This document shows positions 11,667 to 25,410 of a stretch of 33,507 nt of DNA, one piece after another. The stretch spans positions 1 through 33,507 of the forward strand of contig JNEM01013579.1 of assembly GCA_000697335.1 (NCBI GenBank), written 5' to 3'. The position numbers and the translations under genes are program-made. Source of the stretch: Conidiobolus incongruus B7586 (Eukaryota). The notes below the pieces were generated by a model. The model worked only from the letters and a program-made list of their open reading frames with translations, searched no databases and was not told the DNA's origin. Each line of letters begins with the position of its first letter. Position 1 is the stretch's first letter.

Positions 11667-14600
11667 AAAATATCCGTATTCTATAAAAGATATTAATTGT
11701 GCCTCCAATATGTTATTCATTTTTATCAATTATTTTCAAAATATTATGTCCAATTTTATTATTAATTCAATAAATTAATTGATTTTTTTTCAATTATAAT
11801 TAATTATATTACAACTAAGAATATTTTGTCTTATATTTTTGTCAAGGGTTTGAGTATTCATAATTGGTTACTAATATTTCCTTTAATTAATTTATTAAAA
11901 TTTTTTAATAACTCATTGAAATTATATAAACAAATATTCAAGCTTGCAAAAATTTGATTCTCACCAGTCATAATGTTTGAACTAATTTTATGGTAAATAT
12001 ATAAATTTAATTATTCCATTTGTTGTATTTCAGAATTAACTTCCCATCCTAGTTTGATAGTTAAACCAATATTATTTCTATTTTTAAGCTGGATTTGTCA
12101 GTTTATAATTAAAGGATACTCTTTGTTCTTTTTGTCTTCTTTGTTAGATTATAACCAAATCCCATGTTATCTTTGAATTAGGTATTTAAACACAGAAGTG
12201 ATAAAGATAGAGAAAGAAGTTTTTCTGGATATTTTATTACAATATCTCAACAGTAAGTTTTAAGATATAAAATACTGATATATTAAAGAATAGAATTAAT
12301 AAATAATTCACTAAATCAAATTACAAGAATTTTTCTAATAGCAATCTTTAATTATAAAACTTATTATTAATATAACACTTTGATTAATTTATAATCTAAA
12401 TAAGTTTTTAACTAATATCACCTTTGTGTTATGGTTTATATTAATTATTTTGATAAAAGTTCAAGTTATCAGTTAGATTTAAAATAATAAATAAAATATT
12501 TGGTATATTGATAAAATAATGAAAATCAAAATAATCAATCAATATATAGTTAATATTAAATAAATTTATAATTATTATTAAATAATTATTAAAAATATTT
12601 ATTTTATAAATTAATATTAATATTTTATTTTTTTTATTTCATATATAAATTCCTTTGATATATTAGATATTTATGATATTATAGCAATGGGATATCTTTT
12701 AAATAATTTATTTATATCTTATATTCTGATTTAAATAATTAATTTCCGAAAATTATAAAATTAGATTAAATAATTATTTTAATATATTAATAATATTAAT
12801 ATTAATATCATAAATTATCTAATAATATATTCATTAAAAATAAATAATATATCTTAATCAAATTATATTATTATCAATATATTAATATTATATATAATTT
12901 GAAAAGTAATCAGAATTAATATTGGCAAAAATAATATAAATCAACAATTAGGTTTTAGTTTTAAATTTAATTAATTTCAATTTAAAAAATCAAAAAATCT
13001 TATTATTTTTATATATAAGGTAATTTTGAGAAAAATTTGAAATATTAACAAATAATATAAATGATATTAAAATCAAAAATGATAATTAAACTAATGGAAA
13101 ATATCTTATTGCAATATAATTGCCTTATTTTTTGTTTAAACCTATAATGTTCATTATAATATAATTGTCAGCAGAGCTAGCAAGTAGCTAGTAAGAGAGG
13201 AAGAACAATAGTTTTAAAATTAAAAAAGATGTTAAAAGAAAATATCAAATCGATAAATCATTTTAATTAAATTAATAAGAGAAAAAAGTGTTTATTGGTA
13301 AATTAACATAATATTAACTTATATCAAATTTTAAATTGAGATATATAATTCCTATTAAAATATATTTGAATACTTTAAATTTATTAATAATAATTAACCT
13401 GATAATAATATGTAAATAAAAATCTTAACTAATATAAATTATTAATCTAATATTTAATTATTTAATTTTTCAGGATTATAATTCAATATAATTATTTTTG
13501 AATACATATTTTAAATATATCAAAATTTTTTTAAGATTTATTGAATTTATTCAACGTTTGAATAATATATTTAGAAATTAATATTGTTTTATTATTTGTA
13601 ATATATTCTTAATATTTTGATGGTTAATTAGTTTTGTAAAAATATATTTATGACGTTTGTATTTCATTTTTCTATGGTCTTTGATATTGAAAAATTAAGT
13701 ATTTTCAAATCTTTTTTTATTTATTAGACAGTATATTTATTAAATAATTCAACTAGATTATTAAATTTCAAAATATGATATTTGTATTCTGTATATTTAA
13801 TAATTTATTTTGTAATCATGCCTTTAATTATTCATTATCAAATTAATTAATCTTAGGTATAATCTTAATCTGAGGTATTGTCTTTAATATTTTTTATTCT
13901 AAATAATTAATTTCAACTAAATTGGGATTTTAGTATTTTATGATTAATTTTTCATTATAAATTATTATATTTTAATATTTTACTTATTGAAATTAACCTT
14001 ATGTCTTTAAATCTATCAAATAATATTATTACAAAATATTAATATCATTGTGTAAATAATAAAATTAGCTAAAATTTTAATTATCATAATATTTTACTTA
14101 ATTATATATATATATATATTCTTAATTTATTTGATATAATCATATATTTCGATATATCCAAATTATTTCCAAAACTCTCATCATTATCCTAGTTCTATTT
14201 AATATATTTAATTTTTTGATTTTAATTAATAAAATATTATCCAATATTTTAAAACATTAATGATAACTTTTGTTGAAACTTTAATTAGCCTTATCAAATA
14301 TGACCAATTTTTAAAATAATAAAAAATCTATATATTGATTAATATTTATTGAATAAATGACTTCCATAAATTTTATCAAATAAAATAAAACTGTTTTTAT
14401 TATTTTTCTCTAATTGAAAACTTTTTTTGGTTGTTTTAATCAGATATATTTTAATATTATTTAATTAATATAAACCTTAGAATATTATATTATATTTTGA
14501 ATTAATAATTTTAAAAAATCCAACCTTTTTTTTCCTATTAATTATATCATTTAAATTATACTATAAATCAGTATTTTCATTTATCAAATATTTTAAACTT

Positions 14601-16050
14601 TGATTTGGATTATCAATTACAAAAAAATACAAGGTTATATTTTTATTTATTTAATATAATAGAATATATTTGCATTATTTATTTTATTTTTATAAAGTGT
14701 CAAGTTATTGGCGAAAGATTTAATAAATCAGTTATTTTACAATTTCTTTATTAAAGATCTGCTTATTAAATATTAATTGAGGAATCATAAGAATTTGATA
14801 TTAACATAATAAGAGAAATTAAATTTTTCCAAAAATATATATTGAATTGATTTATTTGTATGATAAAAAAAGAATATATTTTTGTTACTAATTTTAAAAA
14901 TTTTGTTTAATTAATTTATCTTGAAATTAATAAAACCTAACTTTGCTTTGACTATAAAATATAAAGAATCAAGATAATTAAAAGATTAATAATATATATA
15001 ATCCTATCCAACCAAGGCTCAACTTAAAAAATCAATAATAAATTATCAAATAAATATTAAAGTTAGGTTATAACATTATCATTATATTTTATAACAGCCT
15101 TATCTTTTAATATTTATTGTTTTTAACTATATTATATTTTCAATATTTAATAAAGTAGTAAATTATTTAAGTTTATCAATCATAAATATTTTTAGTTAAT
15201 AAATTATTTTAAAATATATAATGATTTATATAATATATATATTTTAATAATATTAAGTTATTTGTATAAAAAAATTTTAATATATTAAGATTAATGGTTT
15301 TATCGAATAATATTGATATAATACAAATTATTAAAAATCTATAATATAAGTAAATAAGATAAATAAGCTTTGTTAATAAATAATAATATTAGATCAAAAT
15401 TTTTATCAAAAATATCAAAAGATATTATAATTGTTTCAGAGCTTTGCTAGCCTTTATTAAATAATGTTATAATTTTATTGTTTATATTCTAATTATAAAT
15501 TAAAAATTATATTTAAAAATAAGATAAGCTTTTTAAAGAGTGAGGTCTTTAGATTAGATTAATACTTTTTTAAATTGATATCTTGATAAAAAAACATATA
15601 ATAAAGTAAGAATTTTTAGGCAAGCTATTATCTAAATAACAAAAATTTATAAGTGATTAAAAATTACTTTAACCAATCAAATCAAATTATTATAATACAA
15701 GATATTATTTTATAATAATATAATATATATTTAATATTATTTAAAGCTTTAATATTTAATCAAACAAATTAAAAATTGATAAAAATTTTCAGGTTAAAAT
15801 TTATTTCCAGAAATTTTTAATGTATAATTTAGATTTTAATTATATCAATAAATATTGACTTTATAAAAACAATAACATATAATATAAATTGTAATTATAT
15901 TGTAATATAATAAAATTTATTCAATTTTTAATTAGTATTACTTTGAGATATAAGATTATTTTCTTCAAATCAAAACTTTAATTATATATGAAAATAAAAA
16001 TAAAATTTTCCTATATATTAAATTATTTTACATCAATAATTTAATATTTT

Positions 16051-17367
16051 TACTATAGAATTGAAGAAATGGGAAATTTTTTAATTGCTGATTTTTCAAA
16101 TATATTATTAGTTTCAAATAAAAAAATATATACAAAACAAATAGGAAAATAAATAGTTTTAAATTATATATATATATATATATATAACAACTTTTTTGAT
16201 TAAAAAAATAATTTTTTAAAATTAGTAATTTAATTTAATTATACTTAAACTAAATAGTAACCATCAAAAATTTTTTATTTTAGTATTAGTAAAACTTAAC
16301 CATAAACCCTCTAAAATCATTTAAAATTTACAAACAGCTTTTAGTAATAAAATATTATCTAAATTAACAATTTATTACTAGGTAAATTAATTTAAAGCTA
16401 AGAAAGAAACTACCCAAAACCTATTAAAATCTAAAAGATTAATTTCAACTATTACTCTTCTAATTATTAATAAAGTAAAAAAATATATTGAAAAGCACCT
16501 TTTTATTTCAGCTAGCAAATTATCAAGACACTTTAATATTAGTTACATAAGTATTATATATATATTAAAGTTTAAATTAAAATTAATTAATAAAAATATA
16601 AAATAGGTATCTTATAATTTAACTAAAGCTTAAAAAAAACTAGAGTAGCTATTGTTAAATAAAACTTACTAAGGTATAACTAGAAACTAAAACTTTTACA
16701 GTAAATTATTATAATTGATGAATCTTAGATTCTTTTATATAATCCTTTACTAAAACATAAATCAAAGTGTTAGATTAAATTAAATCAACCCTCTCTACAA
16801 ATTCCTTTAAATGAACACTTTGTTGATAAGTAAATATTAATTGTTATAATAAATTATAATAGCATATACTATTTTTATTTAGTTCTTAAAAGAAAATCAA
16901 TTAATAGTAAACTTTATATTTCTTTTTTAAATAAAACTATTTATAATTGGTATTCTCAATATAATTTGAAAAAACCTATTATTTTGCATGATAATTATAA
17001 AATACATAAATCTAAAGTTGTAAAAAACTTTTTAATTAAAAATAACTGGAAAAAACTACTATATCTAGTATATTCCCTAGATTATAACCTATGTGATTAT
17101 AATTGTTTTAGGCAATTAAAAAACCAGCTTGCAGGAAAGAAAATTTCTACAGGAAAATTTAATTGGTTTGTGAAACATCAAATTTCAATCTTTAATAAAA
17201 AGAACTGTTTTTTAGGTGTTAGATCTTTGCCAAAAGTATAGCAAAAAGTTATTAGAAATAAAGGAAATTATTAATTTTATAATATATATTTATTTTTACT
17301 TTTTATATATTAAAATGTTTACTTTTTTTCAATCGCAAAAAATTCCCATTATTTATATTACAAAGTA
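16051..17367 (+). mobile_element. Mariner (DD34D) DNA transposon, copy 1, ~1.3 kb, degenerate
   Basis: Imperfect ~30-bp TIRs, TACTATAGAATTGAAGAAATGGGAAATTTTTT versus the reverse complement TACTTTGTAATATAAATAATGGGAATTTTTT; coordinates include the terminal TA. Canonical mariner size. Confidence 0.85.
16241..17274 (+). pseudogene. Mariner transposase pseudogene
   Basis: HTH remnant (LQTAFSNKILSKLTIYY*VN*FK), K*VSYNLT (WVPHEL motif), IDES*I, LHDNYKIH, YSLDYNLCDY (YSPDLAPSD motif) with D-34-D spacing; C-terminus *QKVIRNKGNY. Confidence 0.88.
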
Positions 17368-18880
17368 ATATATTAATTATATCAAGAGATTAAATATAAA
17401 GTTATTATTTATAAATTATCAGGGACTTTCCCTTTAAGCTAAATGTTTAAACTATAACTAATTGTTAGTATAGTTCTGTAACAAATATATAATTGATTAT
17501 TTAAAATAATATTGACAACTAATTAATAGGGCAATCAATAAACAGACTAATCATTATATATATTATATTCAAACTTTAGAAATAGGGTTGATTTATATTA
17601 TTGTATATATGAGTTATAAAATTAGGCATGTTCCTGTTAATAGATGATGCTTCGATAAATGCAACTAATATTTTAGCTGTGTTTTCTATAATATAAATAT
17701 ATATTTCTTTGAACAATAAAGACAGCTCTATTTTAGTTTCATACTTATTTACAATCTATTCATAACCAAATTTGACAGCTTTTATCTGAAAGAATGACTT
17801 CCAACAACACTAATCCCAATATCATTTTTCACCATTCCAAAGCCTATGGAGCTGTAAACAACAGAGTTTTACAACATATATTTTAATAAAATATTAAAAA
17901 TAAATTATTTACCAATTATGCACTCTTAATTACTCAATTTATCAATCATTTTAATTATAAATTGGTATTGAAATTAATGATTATAAATAAAATTGATTTC
18001 TAAAATAATTCTATATCATAATTAATTAATATATTCCTAATTTAAAATTAAGCATAAGTTTCATATCAAATCAAATTTTTTTTATTTTAATTGATTTTTC
18101 ATTTTAATTATTCACAATCTATATAAATTTCAAATAATTTACACTCACATATATATACTTAATTTTTAAGGAAAAAATTTTGATATAAAAATAATTAATA
18201 CTTATGTTGATCTAATAAATTGATTTTTGATTAAATGTCAATATATATTATTGATATATTAAACTTTGTATAATATCCTACTCTAAAATTTTTCTTAATA
18301 TGATATATTAAAATAGAGCAGTTAGAATATATCATATCACTTAGAATTTTTTATTTTTCTATATGCATCTTTGAATTATTTCTGATTATATATTGTGGTA
18401 TGATAAGTGATTCAAATATTATTTAGATAATCTAATATGATTTCAATAACAATTGTTTATATTTTATCTATCTCGAATATAATTATTATTTAAATCAACA
18501 CTCTCGGTATTTCAATGAATATTTTAAAAAGGTAGAAAAAGTTTCAGATTTTGATGTTTAATGAGTTATATAAATAAATAGTCCTAGAGGTAATTTGTTA
18601 TATTATATACAATTCAAATGAATTAATACATTATTAATACCTAAGGAAAATTTACACATATTCCAGAGTTGATATTCCAATAATACAGGTATACTTAATT
18701 TAAAATTCGTTCTAATACACATTAATTAATTTACACCATTTAAGAATATATGTTTATAATAGCCTAATCAAATATTGGTACGTTTCTGTTTCTATTTTGT
18801 TTCATCATGAAGCCTGTTTTTTGATTTGAAAACGTATAAATTGAAGTAAATTTGTACTTGAATGATTAGTTTGATGAATT

Positions 18881-20563
18881 ATGAGGAACAAAATTATGAT
18901 AATATTAAAAATATTCTTATATTTTCAATATTTAATAGTCAACAGTGAATATATAACTAATGGAGCTTATTATGGATCATTAAATATTGTATTATCCACA
19001 TCATTCGGCAGTAGAAGTCACAACAGGTACCTATTAGAGATCTCAAAATTACTACAAGCAAGAGGCCATCAAATTACTTACGCTACTTTGGAAGAGAATT
19101 TTAGTTACAATCTCAAATATAACTATAGCGAATACTCTATTGGAAGTACTCCAGTTAATTCGATAAATTGGGGCGAGGCTGTAACCCTTGATGAAATATT
19201 AAAGGATCCAGATGGTGTTGTATTTGGTTTAATCAATCGATTTATGACCAAATTATATCCCGAGAATATAGAGAGATTGAAAGAGCTGTTTGAAACCAAG
19301 AAGATAGATCTGGTGATTTGTGATTTCTTCAACCCAGCATGTAATGATGCAGCGAGATTGTATTCAATCCCGATGATTGTAGGGTTTCAGAATTTAAACT
19401 TTGGAATTGCATCAGCGCCTTGGATCACTCAAAGCCTTGACGGTAGTCCAACAACCACTGAAAAGCTAAATATTGTTCAAAGATTCAAAACTGGAGTTTT
19501 AGAGCCTATAGTAATCAATTATTTCAATTGGAAATATGCTAGAAATATGAATAGAGTGAGATCTCGTCACGGAATTCCTAGCCATTCCAACCCTTTTGGA
19601 GAGTTTACCAAAGTATATAAAATTTCTAATATTTATATAGGGTTGGAAGATCCTAGACCTATAGATCCTACTATAAAGTTAATTGGCCCAGTAATTGAAG
19701 AAGAAATAGATCCTCTTTCTCCAGAGCTAGAAGATTTTTTGAACCATAATCCAAAAACGATGTATGCGGCATTTGGAAGCCAAATGATTCTGTCCAAAAA
19801 GATTATTAGCAAGATCCTAGCTGCTATCCAGTTGGCATTAAATGATGGTACAATTGACGGTGTGTTATGGGGATTGGGAAATACTAAGCGCTCTGAATTC
19901 CCACCATCATTTGAGTTGAACTCGAAAAAATATTCCACAGAAGACATTCTAAAAGGCACGCATCCCAAAATCAAAATATTGAGCTGGGCACCACAAGTCT
20001 CAATTCTAAACCATCCCAACACAATATTATTTCTATCTCATGGTGGTATGGAAAGTGTTCAAGAAGCCATTCATTCAGGTACACCCATCCTAGTCATGCC
20101 AGTGTGGGGAGATCAATCGCGGAATGCAAGACTAATTAAGGATAGAGGTGTTGGTGATTTTGTAAAAATACTCCATGCCACTCCCAACCAGCTTTACGAA
20201 AAGATGAAACTATTAAAACTCGAAAACAACTCCCAACTACAAAACAATGTAAAATATTTACAATCAATAAGTTTTGCTAACAATGCGAACCGGTTTGCAA
20301 ACGTACTAACAATAGAAAATTATGGCTATATTGCTCGCATATGTCGAGCATACAGTCATCCTAAACCTTTCGAGATTCCATGTGAACTAAAACCATATAT
20401 ATCTGCAGATAAGAGAATGCCATTTGTTAAAGCACACCAAATTGATGTTTATATTATACTATTCGGAATATGTTTATTATTGATTATTTATCCCATATCT
20501 AAAATATTGATTTGGACTTTAGCCTTATTTAAATTAACGAATTGGAAATTGAAAAAAGAATAA
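18881..20563 (+). CDS. UDP-glycosyltransferase (GT1 family), membrane-anchored, 560 aa
   Basis: Signal peptide, GSRSH catalytic His region, DLVICD, UGT signature WAPQVSILNHPNTILFLSHGGMESVQEAIHSGTPILVMPVWGDQ, C-terminal TM helix, KLKKE tail. Confidence 0.95.
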   Translation: MRNKIMIILKIFLYFQYLIVNSEYITNGAYYGSLNIVLSTSFGSRSHNRYLLEISKLLQARGHQITYATLEENFSYNLKYNYSEYSIGSTPVNSINWGEAVTLDEILKDPDGVVFGLINRFMTKLYPENIERLKELFETKKIDLVICDFFNPACNDAARLYSIPMIVGFQNLNFGIASAPWITQSLDGSPTTTEKLNIVQRFKTGVLEPIVINYFNWKYARNMNRVRSRHGIPSHSNPFGEFTKVYKISNIYIGLEDPRPIDPTIKLIGPVIEEEIDPLSPELEDFLNHNPKTMYAAFGSQMILSKKIISKILAAIQLALNDGTIDGVLWGLGNTKRSEFPPSFELNSKKYSTEDILKGTHPKIKILSWAPQVSILNHPNTILFLSHGGMESVQEAIHSGTPILVMPVWGDQSRNARLIKDRGVGDFVKILHATPNQLYEKMKLLKLENNSQLQNNVKYLQSISFANNANRFANVLTIENYGYIARICRAYSHPKPFEIPCELKPYISADKRMPFVKAHQIDVYIILFGICLLLIIYPISKILIWTLALFKLTNWKLKKE

Positions 20564-21647
20564 TAATACAATTAATAAATTATCTTATAATTTATTTAAG
20601 ACATATTTGGTTTAATAATCAATACTCTTTTTACCATCATTTATTATTTAAAAATCAATAAATTTGAAATTAATACTAAAATATATTTTTTGGTTATATC
20701 GTTTTAAATCAAAAAATATTTTAGTATCTATTCTTTGATTTATTAAATCAACCTGATAATAAATAATGATCTATATTTGGCCAGACATTGAAAAAGAGTA
20801 TTATAGTGGCTTTCGCTGTTATATAGCAAAATAATTTACAATTTCTGATTGACATTTTTTGATTACTTATTAAATATAATATAAGGAATTATGAATTGTA
20901 ATTTGGTGTTATAATATTTATATGGCAATTTCAAAGTAATTGAAAAATATACTATTAATCAAGGTTATTTATTATCTAAAATATTACAAATGAGACTTTT
21001 TTAAAATTATATACAAATAGACATTTTGATACATATTTTTCAAAAATAAATATATAAAAAATAATCTATACTTACTTTTATTATTAATAACTGTTTTTGT
21101 TGTTTTAATAAACTTCTAGAACTTAAACAATTCTTTTTAATGAAAACTAAAATTTAGTATTTCCCAAAATAATTTAATTTGTTTAAAAGAATTTTTTTTT
21201 GTAAGTATATTTTTTAATGATTTAAAGCAATTATAATCACATAAGTTATAGTTTAGTGAATATACTAGTTATGATAGCCTTTTTTATTTTAATTAGAAAA
21301 TATTTTATAATATTTATTATATATATATATATTTTTTTTAATTATTTTGTTAAATAATAAATATATTTAATTTATATTAATAATATTTATTATAAAAGGT
21401 TTTTTATAAAAGTAATATAATATTCACTATTAATTGATTTTCTTTAAAAAATTATATAAAAATAATATATGTATTTATAATTTATTATTATAATTAATAT
21501 TAAATTAACAATAAAATATTTATTTAAAAAAATTTATAAAAAGGATTAATTTAACTTAATTTATAATTTAATAAAGTATAATATAAAAAAAATTAAATTC
21601 ATCAATTATAATCATTTGTTATAAAACCTTTAATTTTTAATTATATT

Positions 21648-22044
21648 TATAAATATGGTGGTAAATACTGATATAGTACAGAGGAAAACTTAATATAAGA
21701 GTAGTATAACACAAAATATGGTATTATAATATAGCTGTAGTATGCAAATATAAACAAAGTTTAATTAAGCTTCAAACTAGGATGAGTCACCAATATATTA
21801 AGACTTATATTAGGTAATGCTAATATACTATAATATTGATAGGATATAGTCTTAAACTTAGAAATAATAGAAAAAATAAGAAGTAATAAGTATTAAGAAA
21901 AAAAGAAGAACCTAGTTTATTAAATAATTCAATACTATTTATATAATTAATTTAGGTATAAAAGTATAAATTAATTATAAAATTTATAGTTCATTAAACT
22001 ATATGAAAGTATATATAAAAATTTAAAAAATTAGTCTCTTAATA
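21648..22044 (-). repeat. 3' LTR of the Gypsy element
   Basis: Direct repeat of 26962-27355; termini TATT...TATA are consistent with mutated TG...CA. Confidence 0.9.
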
Positions 22045-22099
22045 CTCCCTTAATAAGTTTTTTAAAAGAGACACACTTTTTAGATTTTTATAAATAGAT

Positions 22100-25000
22100 A
22101 TAATAAGCTAAAATACTCTTAATATTTTCTAGAGGTTCTTATATAACTTCTTTAATAAAATAACCTATTTATTTTATATAGAAATAAAGTTTATTCCTAA
22201 TAAATTTAGATTTAATTATATAATTAATATAGTATTTTTTTCAATCTTAATTAACAATTAGATCTAGTTTTAAAACTTTTAATCAATTAAGAAAAATATT
22301 AAAATTTTTAAAATAAGGTTTGATTTTAGATATGTGAAAGGTAAAGTTAATCTTTAAAGTTAAAGGTAATTCCAAGGTAATATTTTTAAAATTTAAATTA
22401 ATAAATTAAATTTTATAAGGATTATAATATAATAGCAAGTATTTTGGATTTAAGCTAGATTTAAGTAAAGTAGGTTTAAGGGTAGATTGTTCTAAGTATA
22501 TAAACATACTAGTTTTATATTTAAGAGGATTCCTAAATAACTTTAAATATTATTGTTCTATAATCTTTTAATTCTCTTCTAAGTTAAATTTAACAAGGGA
22601 ATTATTATATTTAATATTAGATTAAAATTTAACAACATTTAAAGATAAATTAATTTAAAGTTTTAAAGCAATTATTAAGTTAGGATGTTTGTTATAATTG
22701 ATGAAATAAAAGCTAAAACTTGTTGATTTATTAATAAAAGTGTTGAATAAATATTAAAGATAGTAGATATAAGTATTTTAATTTAATTAATTAATGTTAA
22801 TATAAACTTTAATCGTTTATTTTAAGGTTTTAATAGTTCTTTTAATAAGTTTATTAGTTTAGTAACAATTAATAATAAATATAGCTAAATTAATCTTAAA
22901 GGAAAAAGATAATAACTTTTAAAATCAAGAGTTGAATTATACATTTCTATTAGATATAATAGTTTGTGGAATTTTATAATAGGTAAAAATATTAAAGAAT
23001 AATAGTTTTGTAATATTTTTAACTGTAGAAATTTTGAAACAAAGAATAAAATAAACATATTTAAAGAATAAATCAATTACAATTAGTAAGTTATTATAAC
23101 TAATTGTTAATTTAAGAATTTCTATAAAATTAAGTTGGATTTATTGTTAAGTTTTATTAGGGACTTATAGGGGAATAAGTTTACTATATTTTAATTAGGT
23201 ATTATATTTAATTTTTTAGTATATATTACAAGTATAAGTGTATTTCTAAACTAATTTAACTAAAGAAAGTTAGTAATATCTTGTTTTAATTCTCTTAGCA
23301 ATCTTTAACTAGTTTTAATATCCTTTAATAAGTAAGTTATAACACTTATTAAATATTGCTTATTAGATCTTAAGAATATTAAAGACATATAAACAATTAT
23401 TATAATATAGTAAGTTATTGATGATTTTAAATCTTTTGACATATTTTAATTAGTTTTCTAATAATTTAAAAAGCTCTTCTTTAATTAAAATAAAGAAATT
23501 ATTAATTAGTTGTGTTTTTTAAAGTAATTTAATAAATTTTTTACTTCCTTCATTAATAATCATTATGTTAATATCTATTAGGTTTTTATAATTAGAACAA
23601 AAGGATAAATATGTAAGATTTTTTAACAAAATATCTATAATATAATTTTATTAACCTAAGAGATATTAGATAAAAAAAATAAGCTTGGATAGTTTTAATT
23701 TATTTAGCTTATCTTATTAATAAATACTTTTAAGTGTTTAAGTAGATAAGTGATTTATAATCTATAAGTGTTAAGAAAAGGTTGGAAAATAAGAAATATA
23801 AATGATTTTTGATTATTTCTACTAAAGCAAATAGTTTTTATTTATAAACTAGGTATTTTAATTTAGCTAGCTTTATTTTTTTTAATTAGAATGTTATAAG
23901 CTTTAAGGTAATATTTATAAGGTTAAACTCAACCTATTCTCCCTTATTTATTATTTTATTTTATAATTAAAGGGTAAAATATAAATTAAATTTAAATTAG
24001 GTTAACTATCTACTAATTACAAAAAAATTAAAGTTAGTAGAAATAATGGTTAATAGTTTAAGATTAAAAATAGATAAAGTAAAAACATTAGTAATATAGA
24101 AAATTAAAATATTTATATAAAAAATATATAGTAGGGTTTATTTAAAAAGAGAGTTTTTTCTCAAGAGATTAGTTAAAAGATTTGTAAATTTAATAAAAGA
24201 ATCAATGAAATTTTTAAAATAATTTAATAATTTAAGTATAAATATAAGCTAATCTTAGTTTATAAGTATAGTAAAAGCTTTTACACTATTAAATTTAATT
24301 AAATCAATGTTAATTTTTTAAGAAAAAATGATATAACCACAGAAAAAAATAGAAAAAGCACTAACAATATATTTTAATAACTTTAAAGGTAATATATATT
24401 CTTAAATAATTTGTAAAATTTAATTAACATATTAAATATATTTTTCATTAGTTTTTAAATAGATTAAAATATTATTAAGGTAAATAATAATAAAGTTATT
24501 AAAAACAAAGTTAAAAAGGGAATTGATAAATTAGGTAAAAGTTACAAGGGTATTATACAATTTAAAGTTTATAATAATAAATTAATAATAGCTTAATAGA
24601 GTATTAAAAATAATTAAAAGAATAGAATTTTCTTTAACTTTAATATTATAATAACTTTATCTAACATTTAATTTAATAAATATAGTGGATTTAAGTAGTT
24701 TATCCTTAATATTATATAAGTTTAATAATAGGGTTTTATCCTTAATAGTTTTAGAGTTTAAAATATAATTATTAATATATAGTTTTTAATCATTATTAGC
24801 TTTTACACAAAAATAATAAAAGATTTTTATAGTGAGAAAAAAGGTTTAATATATTTATTTTCAAGTAATTTTTAGATTTTTTCTTTTAAAGTGTAATATT
24901 GTTTAAGAAATAAATGATAAGTAAGCTTTAAGTATAATTATATACCTAAGAGAAGTTTAATTTTGTGTTTAATATTATGTTTAAAAAGTAATTTACTTAT

Positions 25001-25410
25001 AAGTTTAAAAACATTAGTAAATTAGCTTATTATATTATATAAGAAGTGGTAATTAGTTATAACTTCATTAAAATTAACAGATGAAATACTAGTAAATAAA
25101 TAATAAACAAATACATATCTTTATAAATTATTAAAGTTTTTAATTAATTTTTTATATCAGTTTTTGCTTATAATAATAAAATTATTTGATACAATTATAA
25201 AGTTGGTATTAGATAAGTAATTTAGTAATTTTATAATAGGGTAATATAAATTTTTTGAGATTAATTCTACTAATTTCTTTTAGAAAATAAATAAAATAGA
25301 TTTGTAACCTTTTAAAGTAATACTTATAGATAGAAAACTATAGTATTCAAATTAATTTTAACCTAGTATAAAATTATTACTAATGTTATCAACTAGGAAT
25401 TTAATATATT
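22100..25410 (-). pseudogene. Gypsy pol relic (protease, RT, RNase H, integrase, chromodomain)
   Basis: FLVDN..NNFI (~25370-25400); LNSKTIKDKT..FIKLNVR..NFKLYNTLVTF; IYLNNILIY (YLDD>YLNN, 24471-24482); IDYKSLIYL (~23750); LIPL*VP..*Q*IQLNFI..LLIVIDLFFKYVYFILC (~23040-23180); YIK*IGY..EVI*EPLENI (~22120-22185). Boundaries approximate. Confidence 0.88.

Noticed and set aside
14880..15170. Possible integrase relic (ILSNQGST at 15001, resembling SDQG)
   Set aside because: A single short motif with no LTRs or other domains recognised; too degraded to call.
17620..17880. GC-richer patch, possible gene relic (similar patches at ~12020-12260 and ~32270-32420)
   Set aside because: Frames are short or interrupted and show no recognisable motif.
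19123..20022. Antisense ORFs within UGT1, likewise 29712-30149 in UGT2
   Set aside because: Shadows of real coding sequence.
22045..22053. Copia classification suggested by the PPT
   Set aside because: The RT-RH-IN order and the chromodomain show it is Gypsy.
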